A stretch of DNA of 63,491 bases, counting the filler, from Dimorphilus gyrociliatus (Eukaryota > Animalia > Annelida): NCBI GenBank assembly GCA_904063045.1. It is 4 parts of 4 records of this genome, joined end to end, with 100 filler letters (N's around TTAATTAATTAA, not from the genome) between each part and the next. Parts side by side here need not be neighbours in the genome. Positions count along the whole stretch, not along the records: positions 25,899 to 48,046 come from CAJFCJ010000259.1; positions 48,147 to 56,842 come from CAJFCJ010000296.1; 2 more parts are not named here. One strand, given 5' to 3'. Of the stretch, positions 38,145 through 50,541 are shown piece after piece. A program made the translations under genes and the position numbers. The notes under the pieces were generated by a model. The model saw only the letters and a program-made list of their open reading frames with translations, was not told the origin of the DNA and did no database searches. The number at the start of each line of letters is the position of its first letter. Position 1 is the first letter of the stretch.

Positions 38145-39079
38145 TGTACACATACATTCGTCAGCTATATTCTACAATAGAGAAGTAGTATTGAACCAGC
38201 ATTGTACTATGCAGATAGCACTGATAAAGATAAGCAGTAGTGACCTAGTTTCGCATAGGGCAGTGCATACACATTATGCAGTAATAAAACCTATTGAATT
38301 ATATAAAGAATATTTGCTATTAGCAACCTAGCAATAATATTACAATTTATTAATCCATAAATTTATGATTTCGAACTAAAACTAGTTCAATTAATTATCA
38401 ATTATGCTTAAATTCTAAGTTTAGATTATATTCACTATTCAACAGTATTGTATACACAATACTGTTCTTTTTAACATGCATTAATCAGATATACTTCCTC
38501 CTTATATGCTGATGCTAAATTTACTAACTCAATCAATTGAATATCATTATTAAGGTAGAATATAAAAACGGTCAAATATACAATCTACATGTTTTCTTGA
38601 TTGTTGGACTTGTGCTACTAAAATTGTTACATCTTATGCAACTCTCCAACCTTCAAAATTCAACTATTATTTAGAAGAGGAAAACAATAAAAACATGACC
38701 ATATTTACAACTTTTCTTTGTCTTCAAATGTTACTTTTGTTTTTGTGAACATTGAAATTTGTGAACTATCAACCCTTAAAAGAGTATATAAACCCTATGA
38801 AATTAACAGTTGATAGTTCAGTTTTCTAAATATCAGCTAGTTGTGTAAACTAGCTTGTTTAGAACTAGAAGCTCATTTTACTCAATACATATTCTTTGGA
38901 CGAAATACTGGTGTTTTGTTAATCAATTTCTACCGAAATTGCCTTTGTTAGACTATTTGTGGACGAACTTTAAAGGTTCTATTTGGACCAGTACTTTGGC
39001 AAGTTGGTAAATGATTGGAAAGGACGATTACAGTTGTGACGAACCAGAAATTCCTACAATTACAATACAACAAAGTACA
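38145..39079 (+). repeat. 3' LTR
   Basis: About 98.7% identical to the 5' LTR (12 differences in 935 bp). Confidence 0.95.
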
Positions 39080-39862
39080 CGAATGTCAGCAAGAAAAGTT
39101 ATATATTTGATTCTTGGAAAAAAACAGATGGAATTAAATTTAAATGTTAAATTCATTTAAAAATTCACATAGAATATTTTTTCACTTTCATTTTTCTCTG
39201 GCTCTGAGTGAAAAATTTCATCAGTAGGCAGTCTATTCTAGTCAGTTTGAATAGAGTGTATATAGATGACATTAAACGTTGTTTAATTGTTAAAATGGAA
39301 AAAGTGAGCCAAGAATATTTTTATCATTTTTGTTTTTCTTTGTCTAATCACAGTAATTCAAAAGTTATCTGTTTGAATAGACAGTGGAAAAGCTATCTAT
39401 GAGAAAAACTCATGTAGTCATAGAATATATGACAATTCAAACAGCTATTCTCCAACTGAACTGCATTTTACATATGTTTTTCTCAGAACAACTTTTCAGA
39501 CTGTCTTTTCAAACAATTAACTCCTCAATTCTTTTGATTATATTTTAATATATTTTCTTTAAGAAGTACACAGCATTTAGTTATCTATATGAACAGGAAA
39601 TGCTCACAACAATAAGTTTAAGCAATATTTTTTTAATTAGCTCCATAGCAATTCAAATATATACTACACTGAACAAATCATAATATTGAGATTACAAATT
39701 GCAACATTTGAAAATTTTAACTTTTAAATTACTTTGAACAAAGAAATGCAAAATGTAAAAAGATTCTGTGCTGAATTTTTTGTTTTCAGCAATTGTACAA
39801 CTTATAATTGTCAGAAAATTCATTTTTAACAATTAAAAATTAACTTTTGACAAAGTATAAAA

Positions 39863-42571
39863 GGGGTCGGGTGTGAACGTACCTGGGTGCGAACGTACCC
39901 GGGTGCGAACGTACCCTGGGCGGGTGCGAACGTACCCAGGTACGTTCGCACCCTATTTTTATATTTATTTTATTTTTGAATTTTTGAATAAACATGTACA
40001 TTGACACCCTTTTTTCCTTCTGTTCCTTCATTATATATTTGTTAATATATTGATTTGATAGAATGCAGATATTAAATAGAATACATATCCCATCAATATT
40101 AAATTACTACTTTAAAAGAAAATGTTGTTGAAAGTGAAATAGCAGCCATTTTAATAGTGATAGTTTTATTAAATAAACTTTCACTTGGAATATTTATCCT
40201 TGCAAAAGTAAAGCTATATTTACTGAATAAATTTGGACAAAGTTCTTCTTGGAAGCTTCAACAGAAGTGAGTATTTATATCTAATCATTGAGATTGTTGA
40301 TTCATGATATTTTGATGTAATATACTATCTTCAATTGTGAAAAAGCTGAATATTTTTCATAAATAAAATTTCAGCCATTTTGAATATTTGGAAAGGAAAT
40401 TTATTGATAACTGGAAATATTTTTAGATAACCATCTACATTTGATTGAAGATTAAAAAATGGCTTTCAAATGTCACAATTGTCATTCAACAATTTATGGA
40501 AGGCAAAAATATTTGAAATGCAGCCTTTGTAAGAATCTTATTCATAGGAAATGCACAGGTATGTAACTCTTTAATCAGCTTTCATGTAATTATATTTTTT
40601 AACATATTCTTATAGAAACACATAACATACCAATTTGCAAACCTTGTAACAAAAGAAAATGTACTGTCATGCTCAAGAAGTTAACTAATCTGGAAATTCA
40701 TCAATTCAAAGTAAATTCTGAAGAAAGCTTTATTGATGAAAGAAATAAGATTGCTGCAGTTGAGGAATCAATATTGGAGGATGAAAATCATGTTCTTTCA
40801 GAATGCCAATCAATGGACCTAGACTCTTTGGAGGAAGTTGAAGAGAATGCTGAAGAATATTGTGAATCATCCACAAAAAGTGATTTTGAGATTGTAAAAG
40901 GAGGAAGTAGAAAGGGACATGACATTTTACTGAATGATGGATATTCTTTTGTTGTTAAACATAAAACACCATCAAGTACTATTTGGGTGTGCAGTGTGAG
41001 AAGTAAGAAGAAAAGATGTGTGGCCAGAATAAGACAAAATGGAAATTTATTTCTCAAAGGCAATTTGGAACATAATCACAACAGAAAAAAGAATTTAGAA
41101 GTGGATATTAAAGTGAAAACAGATTTGAAAATTGTTTGCAGAAGTGATAATCAAACATCTGGAAGAAGCATTGCTGAAAAAGTTCTTCTATCCTATGAAC
41201 CCAATGCAACTTGTCTTCCTGATATCAACTATTTGAAGAGAATGGCAAACTCAAATAGACAAAAGTTTAGGCCAGTGGAACCTAAAGTGTACAACTTTAA
41301 TTTAGATGAAACATTTTTGCCTGATGAATTTTTGCAGAAAGATATTTGTGAAAATGGAGAAAGAATTTTAATCTTTGCAACAAACCATCAGCTGAATTTA
41401 TTATCAAAATCCAACTGTTGGTACATTGATGGTACTTTCAAGATTGTAAAAGAACCATTTTATCAACTTGTCACTATTCACTCATTTGTTAAGAAGAGTG
41501 GTGATATGAAGCAAGTTCCTCTTGTTTTTATTTTTCTGACTTCAAAGCATACCAAAGCATACTTACAAGCATTTCAAGTAAATATTTCATATTATCTCTT
41601 CAAAAGTGATGATAAATAAAGTTGCTTTTTTGTAGCATATCAACAATCTTATCAATGATTTTCATCCAAAAAGAATTACAATGGATTTTGAAAAAGGACT
41701 ATGGAAAGCATTATCAAAAGTATATCCCCTCACTGAATTTCAAGTTTGTGTATTTCATTTCACACAAGCAGTATACAGGAAAATACAAGTCAGTTACATT
41801 CAAATATATATAACATTATCTATTAAATAACTTATATTATTGAATAGGCTCTTGGCTATGTAAAGAAATACAAAGAAAAAGGAAATGATTGGAAAGATTT
41901 CAGAAAATTGATGGCTCTGCCATTCTTGCCAGCACATATTATTCAACCAACATTTGACAGCATAAATGCAGAACTTTGTGAAAAAAATAGATTTTTGGAC
42001 CTGCTGCAATACTTCCAAACAAACTGGATCAAAAATAAATTATGGAAACCAAATAACTGGTCAGTTTTTGGTTTGTCTATTAGGACCAATAATGATTGTG
42101 AAGGATGGCATCAAAGAATGAATAGTAAGCTGCCTGCTAAAGGTTCTTTTTACATGCTGGTTGATGAGCTAAAAAAAGAGTCTGAGTTGATTGCAGTTTA
42201 TGAGAAATTACTGTCAGAAAAAAGGATTTACAAACATCAAAAGAAAAAGTATATTGACATCCAAAAGAAAATTTTTGATTTATGGGATGATTTCAAGTTG
42301 AACAAATTGACATCAATTGATCTATTAATGCAGACATCCCATATCTACTCTCCAGCATAAATATCATTTGTCAAGCTTTATTGTTTTTTAGTATAATATT
42401 TAGTCTTTTAAATACATACTTTTAGATTTATAGCTAAATCTTTTATTCAAAAATTCAAAAATAAAATAAATATAAAAATAGGGTGCGAACGTACCCAGGT
42501 ACGTTCGCACCCGCCCAGGGTACGTTCGCACCCGGGTACGTTCACACCCAGGTACGTTCGCACCCCAACTC
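39863..42571 (+). mobile_element. Mutator (MULE) DNA transposon, 2709 bp, ~130-bp TIRs, 9-bp TSD
   Basis: TSD AGTATAAAA at 39854-39862 and 42572-42580. The TIRs are built from GGGTGCGAACGTACC units. Confidence 0.95.
40669..42360 (+). CDS. FLYWCH-MULE transposase with two introns and one frameshift
   Basis: Motifs W-x-C..C..H-x-H, WYIDGTFK, TMDFE, CVFH and RTNNDCEGWH. Introns at 41578-41635 and 41789-41847; frameshift near 41727. Confidence 0.9.
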
Positions 42572-43346
42572 AGTATAAAATAGTTTAATTCTGATATTTG
42601 AGTGTTTGATTGATCACTTCTCAGTCAAGTATGGGGAATAAAGTCTAAAGGCTTATTTTGGTTAATAAAAAACAACAGTTGATGGAGAGAAAAGTAGTCA
42701 AATGAACTAAGAAATATCAAAAATTAAAAAATTTTAACACAATGAATCCCTAAAAATCATAAATTTACAATAGAATAATATTATCATTTTATCTTTTCCT
42801 TGTCCAACTGATGGACTTGTTTTGTCAGTTAACTGTAATACCCAGTGCATTAGCTTATATTGGAAAAAAAACGCATACAATTATCAGTTACTGAGAGTAA
42901 TTAAACAAGCTCTCAAATATCAATATTGTTCATTTAAAGTTCTTTGTTTAATCACAGGAATTCAAAAGTTAACTCTTCCAAAAGATAATCAAAGAGCTAT
43001 GTCAGAGAAAAATGATGGTAAAATCCAGTTCAGTCAAAGAATAACAGATAAATTAACAGCTGTTAAATTTTCTGAAAAATAGCTTTTCCTATGTCTATTC
43101 AAAGAGTCAACTTTTAAATTACTGTGATTAGACAAAGAACAACAAAAATGATAAAAATACCTTGGCTGAGGTTTTCCATTTCAGCAATTGAAGAAGGTTT
43201 TTTTTTATCCATATATATTCCAGCAGTGTATTTGAATATCCAAACTAATTTAAAATTGTAACATTTATTTATAAAGAGCTTTATCTATACGTTATATTAA
43301 AATAGTCATATCCATTTAAAGTTAACACATTCCTTTTGGATAGAAG

Positions 43347-44600
43347 ATGAAAATAAAAGAACGAATCAGCACAGTGCTCAAGCTACTGAAATGCAGTCCA
43401 AATTTTAATGAAAATATAGCACAGGCATACCAAGATTGCAAGAATCTGAAGGATAACTGTAAAATGTTGCTTGGTTTGTGGGAATGTGCTAATAATGAAC
43501 TGAGAATAGAAATATTTGAAAGATTGAAAAAGATAGATTTTAGTTCAAACATAGAAAATGATCTTACATTTCAGATTGTTAAATTGAAAATGAAGGAAAA
43601 AGTAGATAAAAATAGGATTTTGCAGCTTTTAGAAGAAACAAACATAGTATTTAGAAAGAAAATAGAAAAAATACTGGTAAAATATAAAATTCTACAAAAA
43701 AGAGTTAAATATATTGCAATTAAACCTCATATTTTAAATGACAAAGATTTTTACAAAGAAATGTCCTATAAGCTGATAAAAAATTGTATATTGGAAAGTA
43801 AAGAACCTTTAAATGATATAAATGTTAGAAATCATAAAAATAATTGTGATACTTGGATTTTAAAATATCTTTAAGAGATATAGATGTCAGAAATCATGAA
43901 AATACTGAGAATAATTGTGATATTTTGTCTAATTCTGATATAAGTCATAATGTTTCCAATATAAATTACACCATCTCTGGTATAAATTACAATATTTTGA
44001 ATGTCAAACAGACTGGAAATATTTTAAGTCTGATTAATGGTGGAGATTTTCACAGATTGGAGAGATACATGAAAAATGAAATAAATAATGCACAATGTGA
44101 TCTGCATTATAGCAATCTGCACAAAATATACTCTCTAATTCTAAGATTAGCAGATATAGCAGGACCTTCACCACAAATAGTTAATATTTGCAACAAAGAT
44201 TGGCAAAAAAATCTTTTTGACCAACAGTTAGTGTTTAGATCAGCAAAAGAGCCATTTCGTGATTTCAAAAATCTATGATCTTTCTAAAAATAAAACTATA
44301 AAAACAGTATCAATATTGATTTTCTTATAAAAGAACTCAATTTATTCTCCTTAAATCAAGAAATACAATTCTAAGAAAAGTGACAGATAAAAAAGAAACA
44401 AAGAGATGGTGGCTGGATCATTATAAACTCAACACTGAATTAAAAAATATTCTCAATTTCACCAATCAGTTACAATTTTCCAATTCTTTTCTGATATGCC
44501 AAGATGAAGACCTGATAAGTTTCCATTCAAACATACACATTCTCTGGAAAGCAAATATATAATGAGATTGCCATGCACAGAATTCATTATGGACAAAAAA
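43347..44600 (+). pseudogene. Disrupted intronless hypothetical gene, K/N/I-rich
   Basis: Consecutive ORFs (175, 141 and 60 aa) in shifting frames, with an internal duplication LNDINVRNH..NNCD / LRDIDVRNH..NNCD. No family recognised. Confidence 0.35.
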
Positions 44601-45815
44601 GCACTGATATTACAGAAAATATCAAATTTAATATTATAACAGGTGAAAATGTCAATAAAATGGAACAGAAATACAAAACTTCTTAGATATAAGCAAAATA
44701 GAACAAGAAAAGGAAAAAACCAACAATAGCAGCATATTTTGGACAAGGAACAGGCAATTTATTTCTGAAAGACGCTAAAACTAATCATTTTCTACTTTTT
44801 GGCTGTTCATCAGTGAAAATAATTAAAAGAAACAGTTTTCAGAGAATCAGATACACCCATTCGTTGCTTAAAGGCACCACAGAAACATTCTGGGCTGTCT
44901 GTGGGATGTAATGGACCATGATATTGACAATTTTGGGCTCAGTTTATCAAACATTATAATAAGAACAAAACTACCATAAAGCCATCAAGATCGCTAAAGA
45001 CTCTGAGACTGTGATACCTCAACTGTGCAAGCATCATTTGTTATAGCAAATTCCTCTTTTAGTTGTTTTATAAATAAATCACATTCTATCCTAAAAAAGA
45101 TTTTTCTTTCTAAAAATGACATGTCATTCTAATTGATTTATCTTTCACCTTGTGATACTTTCATAAACTTTCTAAAAACAGATCAGAATTTCTACAATAG
45201 AAATGTTGATAAAAAATTTGCTCCTTTTTGTCTCCTTTTATTTTAAAATATAAGAAGAGAAATCGAGATGAATTTAATGTCAAAGAAACAAAGCAACAAA
45301 AAAATTTTAGAATCTTCTCTTTTAATGTTAAAGAAAATCAAAAATGATTTGAATCAAATGAAGAAAGATAAATCTTATAAAATTTGATAATAAAGAGAGA
45401 AATAAGTAGGCTGAATATTACCTGGCAAAGAAAAGTCACTCAGTTGCGTCACAAAACTCGCTATTCTGTCCACCTTTCTATTTTTCATCACAATATTTTG
45501 GTTCTATTGCTACTATAATTGGATTATCCAATTAGTTTATAGGTTTATAATTAATATTATTTAAATTAAACTGTATACTTTTAAAATTATAAAAAATAAA
45601 ATTAGAATTGTTCTTTTATCAATAAAATTTTAAAATTGTTCATTATTCGAATTAAAAATTGTGAATTTGAAATTGTTTTGAATATTTTTAGATTGAACAC
45701 TCTTAATGATTAAAATTAAGAATTACAAATATTTTTCTTATTAATTTTCTTCAATAATTCAATTTTTTTAATTTTCTAATTTTTACAAAAAACCATCGCC
45801 CCTCTTACAATTAAA

Positions 45816-46369
45816 ATGGCAATCATTAGTAAAAGAGAAAAGAACAAACAGCATCTTTTACAAATTAAAGAAGTAGAATCAACCTACTAAAATATTATAA
45901 TTTTTGAAATGGCACCTCTACATACAAAAAACCTTCATAAACTGAGAAAAATTATAAAAAGCAATTCCAAACTGATATTTGGAAAGAAAAATATAATAAA
46001 AAAGGTTATGAAAGACAGAAATATTGAGTTTCTCAATAATCTTAAAAATAACACTTTTTTAGTTTTTACAAATGAGCAAACACCTGCAATAATTGATTCT
46101 TTGGTGGCACTTAATAAAGAAAAAACAGAAAAGATTCTTTTTAAGGGTGTCATAATGAAGCACAATGTTCCTGTCTCTACAAACTTAAAAAAGAATCTTG
46201 GACTGCTGCCAGTGGTGAAGAGGCTGGACAGCTGCTCATTGATCAGGACTTTCCCCTTGACAATATAGAACACAGAAAAATAATCAAATTGTTCCAAATG
46301 GATGATGACCATCTTAAAATCACACCACTTTGTGTTTATGAAGACCAAGAATTTAAAAAACTAAATTAA
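45816..46369 (+). pseudogene. MRT4: Mrt4 (uL10/P0-like ribosome assembly factor) pseudogene, microsporidian-like
   Basis: SKLIFGKKNIIKKVM and NTFLVFTNE, then KIIKLFQM...ITPLCVYEDQEF* in a shifted frame. In-frame TAA at 45888-45890 and a frameshift near 46222. Intronless, with CCCC at 45799-45802 upstream of the ATG. Confidence 0.75.
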
Positions 46370-46698
46370 AGACTAATTTATTTTAAACACTCTTTCTAAA
46401 ATATTTTTACTTTTTTGGAAAATTGCACAATTTACTGCATAAATAAAATAAAAACAAAGAAAAAAATTTTAAAAACTAATTGTATTTTAATTCAAATGCG
46501 ATCATTTTTTAATACTCTCATAAACCATTGTAAAATGTCAACTTTTTTATCTCAAAAATTTGATTGCTTTTTATCAAAAAATAGCATTTTTAATGTTGTG
46601 TAGAATTTTATTCTAAAAAATAAAAAAATGTGCATATTAAAATAAATGTTTAAAATTTTATAAAAAGTAATTGTGTATAAAAGAAATTTACATTCTTT

Positions 46699-47044
46699 TT
46701 ATTTATCATTTACAATCTTAGGATTCATTTCTCGGAGTCTCTTGAGTGCTTCTTTTCTATAATTGAATTGACAGTTGTGCTGGTTGTGAAAACAGTGATT
46801 TGCACAGAAAATGTGGCTGCATCTACAAGAGATATCAGAAAGAATTTTTAGTCTCTTTTCACAGAAATGGCATTGCTTTCTATTTTTTATTGGGACTGTT
46901 TCTTCCTTTCTCTTTTCTATCTTTTCAACTGTATTTTTTTTATTCTCTTTATTTCTTTTATTTCCACATCTTCAACAATCTTTCTCTTCAATTGCTGGTT
47001 GCTGTGAATCTCTCATCACTGTGATTCTCAACTGACTGTCTCAT
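46699..47044 (-). pseudogene. AN1-type zinc-finger gene, disrupted, microsporidian-like (not in the ORF track)
   Basis: CHFCEKRLKILSDISCRCSHIFCANHCFHNQHNCQFNYRKEALKRLREMNPKIVNDK*. The ATG is directly preceded by CCCCC. The length of 346 nt implies a frameshift, and there is an in-frame TGA near 46973. Confidence 0.8.
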
Positions 47045-48046
47045 GGGGGCTTTTTGGTTTTTTTTTTTTAAAAAGTTTACCCTTCAATTCTCTATTTAAA
47101 TTATTGTTTTAAAGAATATTTAAAATTATTTTTGAAAATTACATTCAAACTGTGTTTAAGATAGTTATTTTATTTTTTATTCCAAATTATATCAAGATTA
47201 TTGACATATGATTGAGATAAAATTACATCACTAAGTTTGACAGATTATATAAAGTTATCTTTTTTAGTTTATTATGAATTATAGCAAGTAGTGCTCTTAG
47301 ATCTAAATGATTCTTTTATTATAGGATAATATAGAAAGTTATTCTATTTAGTTTTTAATAAATTATGTTTAATTGAAATATGCTTTTAGATCTTAATGAT
47401 TTTTTTATTATAAGATTTTGATCAACTATTAATGATTTGGTTTTTTTGATTTAGTTTGACATATTTTTAAAACTAGATATTTAAAAAAATATCTTAATCA
47501 TTATAATGTATTGTGATTTCAAATGATTTTTAAAGTTTCATTTGAATTGTAAATTTTTTTGTTCTAAGCTTTGAGATGATTTTTTGAACAAAATGTCTAA
47601 TACATGGTTCTATTAAAACATTTAAGTTGTATATTTTACTTTAAAATTTTCAAAACATTTCAGATGTTGTTTTTAATCATGTATTCAATTAAAATATATT
47701 TGATTTGTATAGTTAAATAAACTCTAAGTATATTTTGTTATCTCTTATCAAAGAGTAACAATTTTATGAAGAAATAGTTCTTTGAATTCAAATTATTGTT
47801 TTCAATATAATAATTTTCAACTACAATTAAGAAATTCAGAAAGCTTTAATGATTAACTATTCAACATTAAAGTTTGAAATGCTTTTCATTGTTCCTGTTT
47901 TTTTTATCTCTGTGTTTTGATTGTTAAATTTCGGATCTTTAGCATTCATTGGTGCTGGTTTTTCTTGAAATATCAACTCTAGCACCTTTCCATTTGTTTT
48001 TCTTATTTTGTTTTCTGACTTTGTTATTTATTATTAGACTAAATAA

Positions 48047-48146
48047 NNNNNNNNNNNNNNNNNNNNNNNNNNNNNNNNNNNNNNNNNNNNTTAATTAATT
48101 AANNNNNNNNNNNNNNNNNNNNNNNNNNNNNNNNNNNNNNNNNNNN
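48047..48146. other. Artificial contig linker
   Basis: 44 N + TTAATTAATTAA + 44 N. Confidence 0.97.
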
Positions 48147-48925
48147 CCTTTTCTGTTGATCCCGACATAAAAGGTACAATTATGAAAATGAATTCTTTTT
48201 TATGATTTTCTTATTTGTTACTGATTTAGGTCATAATTGTCTTCTTTATTTTGTCATTACTAACTAAACAAAAACAAATCACGTATCTGGATTAAGAGAG
48301 ATCATAGTCTTCCCCTGAAGATTGTTCATCTTTATCTTCCTCATCTAGTGGTATATTATAATGTTTGATTCTCAGGCGACAAATTAATGATTTCTTCTTG
48401 AATCTTAATAAGAAATGAGGACAGTCAAACAATAGAAGAAGAGGTTGTCTTCTTAACATATGGAGAGTGAAAAGTTGCAAAGTTTGTTGACATATAACAA
48501 CACTTGTTGCATTAATAGTCTTCCTTTTCAAAGAATTTTTTTGTTCACTATGATTTTTCTTTTAGGTGATTTCAATAACATCTTACTTTCTTTGCTTTCT
48601 TCCTCTTCCTCCTCTTGCTCTTCCTCTCCAGATGATATATCAGCTGATTTAATATGACGATTAATAAATCTTGGACTTATGACATTAGACTTCGAATTGT
48701 GACAGACACTAATTTCAAAGCTGGCATCATAGCATCGTTTGGGACTCTTGAAGTGAGAATTCTGTTTCTCTTTTTTGATTTAGTCAAAGTAAACCAAGGG
48801 GTGGCACTACTTTGCTCCATGAGCTCCCCGCGCTCCGGGAATGTTAAATGAACCACAGATATCAGTTGATATCATCTTCACAACCTTATCAGCTGAAAAC
48901 AAATAAATTATATGGATAATGTGTT

Positions 48926-49132
48926 TCATTGTCTTTCATTCAGTATTTGGTAATTACAAACAAGTCTTTTCTTCAAATTTTTCTTCTTTATTAAATAGGC
49001 TGGTAAGGAATGAGGCGATTTTGATTCTTGAATGATTCCAAGTTGTTGCAACTCGTCCAAATGTTTTGTAACTAGTGCTTTTTGTGCTGATGGGACCTGA
49101 TATTCTTTAGAGTAACTCATTTGAGTTGTCAT
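48926..49132 (-). pseudogene. Ty3/Gypsy RT N-terminal fragment, distinct from the contig-B element
   Basis: YQVPSAQKALVTKHLDELQQLGIIQESKSPHSLPAYLIKKK..KRLVCNYQILN. Confidence 0.8.
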
Positions 49133-49258
49133 TAGAAGTGAAAAGGTCTTTTTTGTAAGAAGTTGGATCCCTTTTGTTATTTGTTGTGAATTGCTTCAGT
49201 TTCGCCTTCTCATTATTTTGTTTTTAAGCGTAAAGGTAAACAGTTCACAGGAAAGAGG

Positions 49259-49480
49259 TTGAAGTCCATTTTAGAATTCTACATAATTAAGCAACATTTG
49301 TGTGTCCCATATGGCCCACGAGGAAATTCATTTCTTGAAAGAGCACATCTTAACAGTCTGAATGGTTTACTAGTACTTAAAGCGACTCCCATCAAAGATG
49401 CACTCTCATTCCTGAACAGTGCTCATAATGCAACATTTCAAGTGCTTTCTATTCAAGCCCGACCCAGGTCGTACTAAGAA
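49259..49480 (+). pseudogene. Retrotransposon integrase core fragment
   Basis: IKQHLCVPYGPRGNSFLERAH..LNGLL...NSAHN matches the P-x-P-x-x-N-x-x-x-E-R region of integrase. Confidence 0.65.
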
Positions 49481-50541
49481 GACTCAAGTTCCCTCCTTCA
49501 TCTGTACAAAACATTAAACAACTTCTTCTCGAAGCCAGGCGACTGGAAGAGAAATCAGCCAAGGATTATCAGTTTCGCCTTTAAAAAAATCACAGAGTTA
49601 GATTTTTTACCTAAAAATTTATTCACTAATAGCAAAACAACAATAAATTGCAACAACCTCATGCTGGGCCATTCTTGGTCATATAAGACTTTCCTGCTTA
49701 TAACTACCTGATAGCCCAGAAAGGTTTTGCCTTCTTTTAGAAGAACATGTACATAAAAATAGTGAAAAACGACCTGCCAGAAAAATATCATTCAAGAACA
49801 AAACTATGTTTGAAATAGATTTACCAGAACGTATAATCACAGGAGAAATTGCACTTATTCAAAGTTTTCAATAACTTTGACATGATGTGTTGCCCTGCTC
49901 ATGTTGAAGAGATATTCCTAGAGCCTGGTGAATGAAAACAGCTTCTAGATAAGGAACTTTTATTATTTCATTGGTTGATCCCGGAGTCTTTCCTCTGCTC
50001 CGATCCTGTATCTCTTGTGCTTTTGGATAGTTTTTCGTGATTGTCATCCTTTTCTAAGAGAGGTGAAAAACTTTGCAATTTAAAGATGAAGACAATTTGA
50101 ATAAGAGACACGTCAGGATCATGGATCGGTGCATGGCACGTGTAAACAGCTCTTTCATAATGGCAGTTACCGCCTTGTGGAAATTAAAAAGCTCCACCGA
50201 GCATTCGAACCCCTTTACATCAAAATGGACTGTGATAAAACAGAATCTGCTGATTAATCTGATTGAAAAATACAAACATCTGAATAATTCAACAATTCAA
50301 TAATTTTATATTATATTTTCTTGTTTTCTTGTTTATAATTTATTGTTTTCTTTCTCATATTCCAATAAATCCTAATCCATCAATTTAACTGATTCATTAA
50401 TTGTCATTCCTTCTTTTATTCTTTCTTTATATCTTAACATTCTTCTTATAAGAAATAGATTATTCATTTCTAGAAATGTATAAACTTAATTGTGATTTAA
50501 GAAATCTATTTTGTCTAAGATTAACATCTTGTTTTGTAATA

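Larger units (their letters stand above)
29505..39079 (+). mobile_element. Full-length env-bearing Ty3/Gypsy LTR retrotransposon (errantivirus-like), frameshifted
   Basis: Two 935-bp LTRs, a PBS and a PPT flank gag-PR-RT-RH-IN in Gypsy order, followed by an ORF3 with a C-terminal TM. Confidence 0.95.

Noticed and set aside
45255-45560. Possible decayed SNARE-like gene upstream of Mrt4
   Set aside because: It is coiled-coil-like with a hydrophobic end, but has too many stops and shifts and no diagnostic motif.
45888-45890. In-frame TAA in Mrt4 as evidence of stop-codon reassignment
   Set aside because: Mrt4, AN1-ZF and GR all end in TAA at the expected positions, and the same gene also has a frameshift, so this is decay.
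49950-50303. GC-richer stretch with 73-76 aa ORFs on both strands
   Set aside because: No recognisable family in any frame. It may be another foreign fragment, but this is unsupported without a search.
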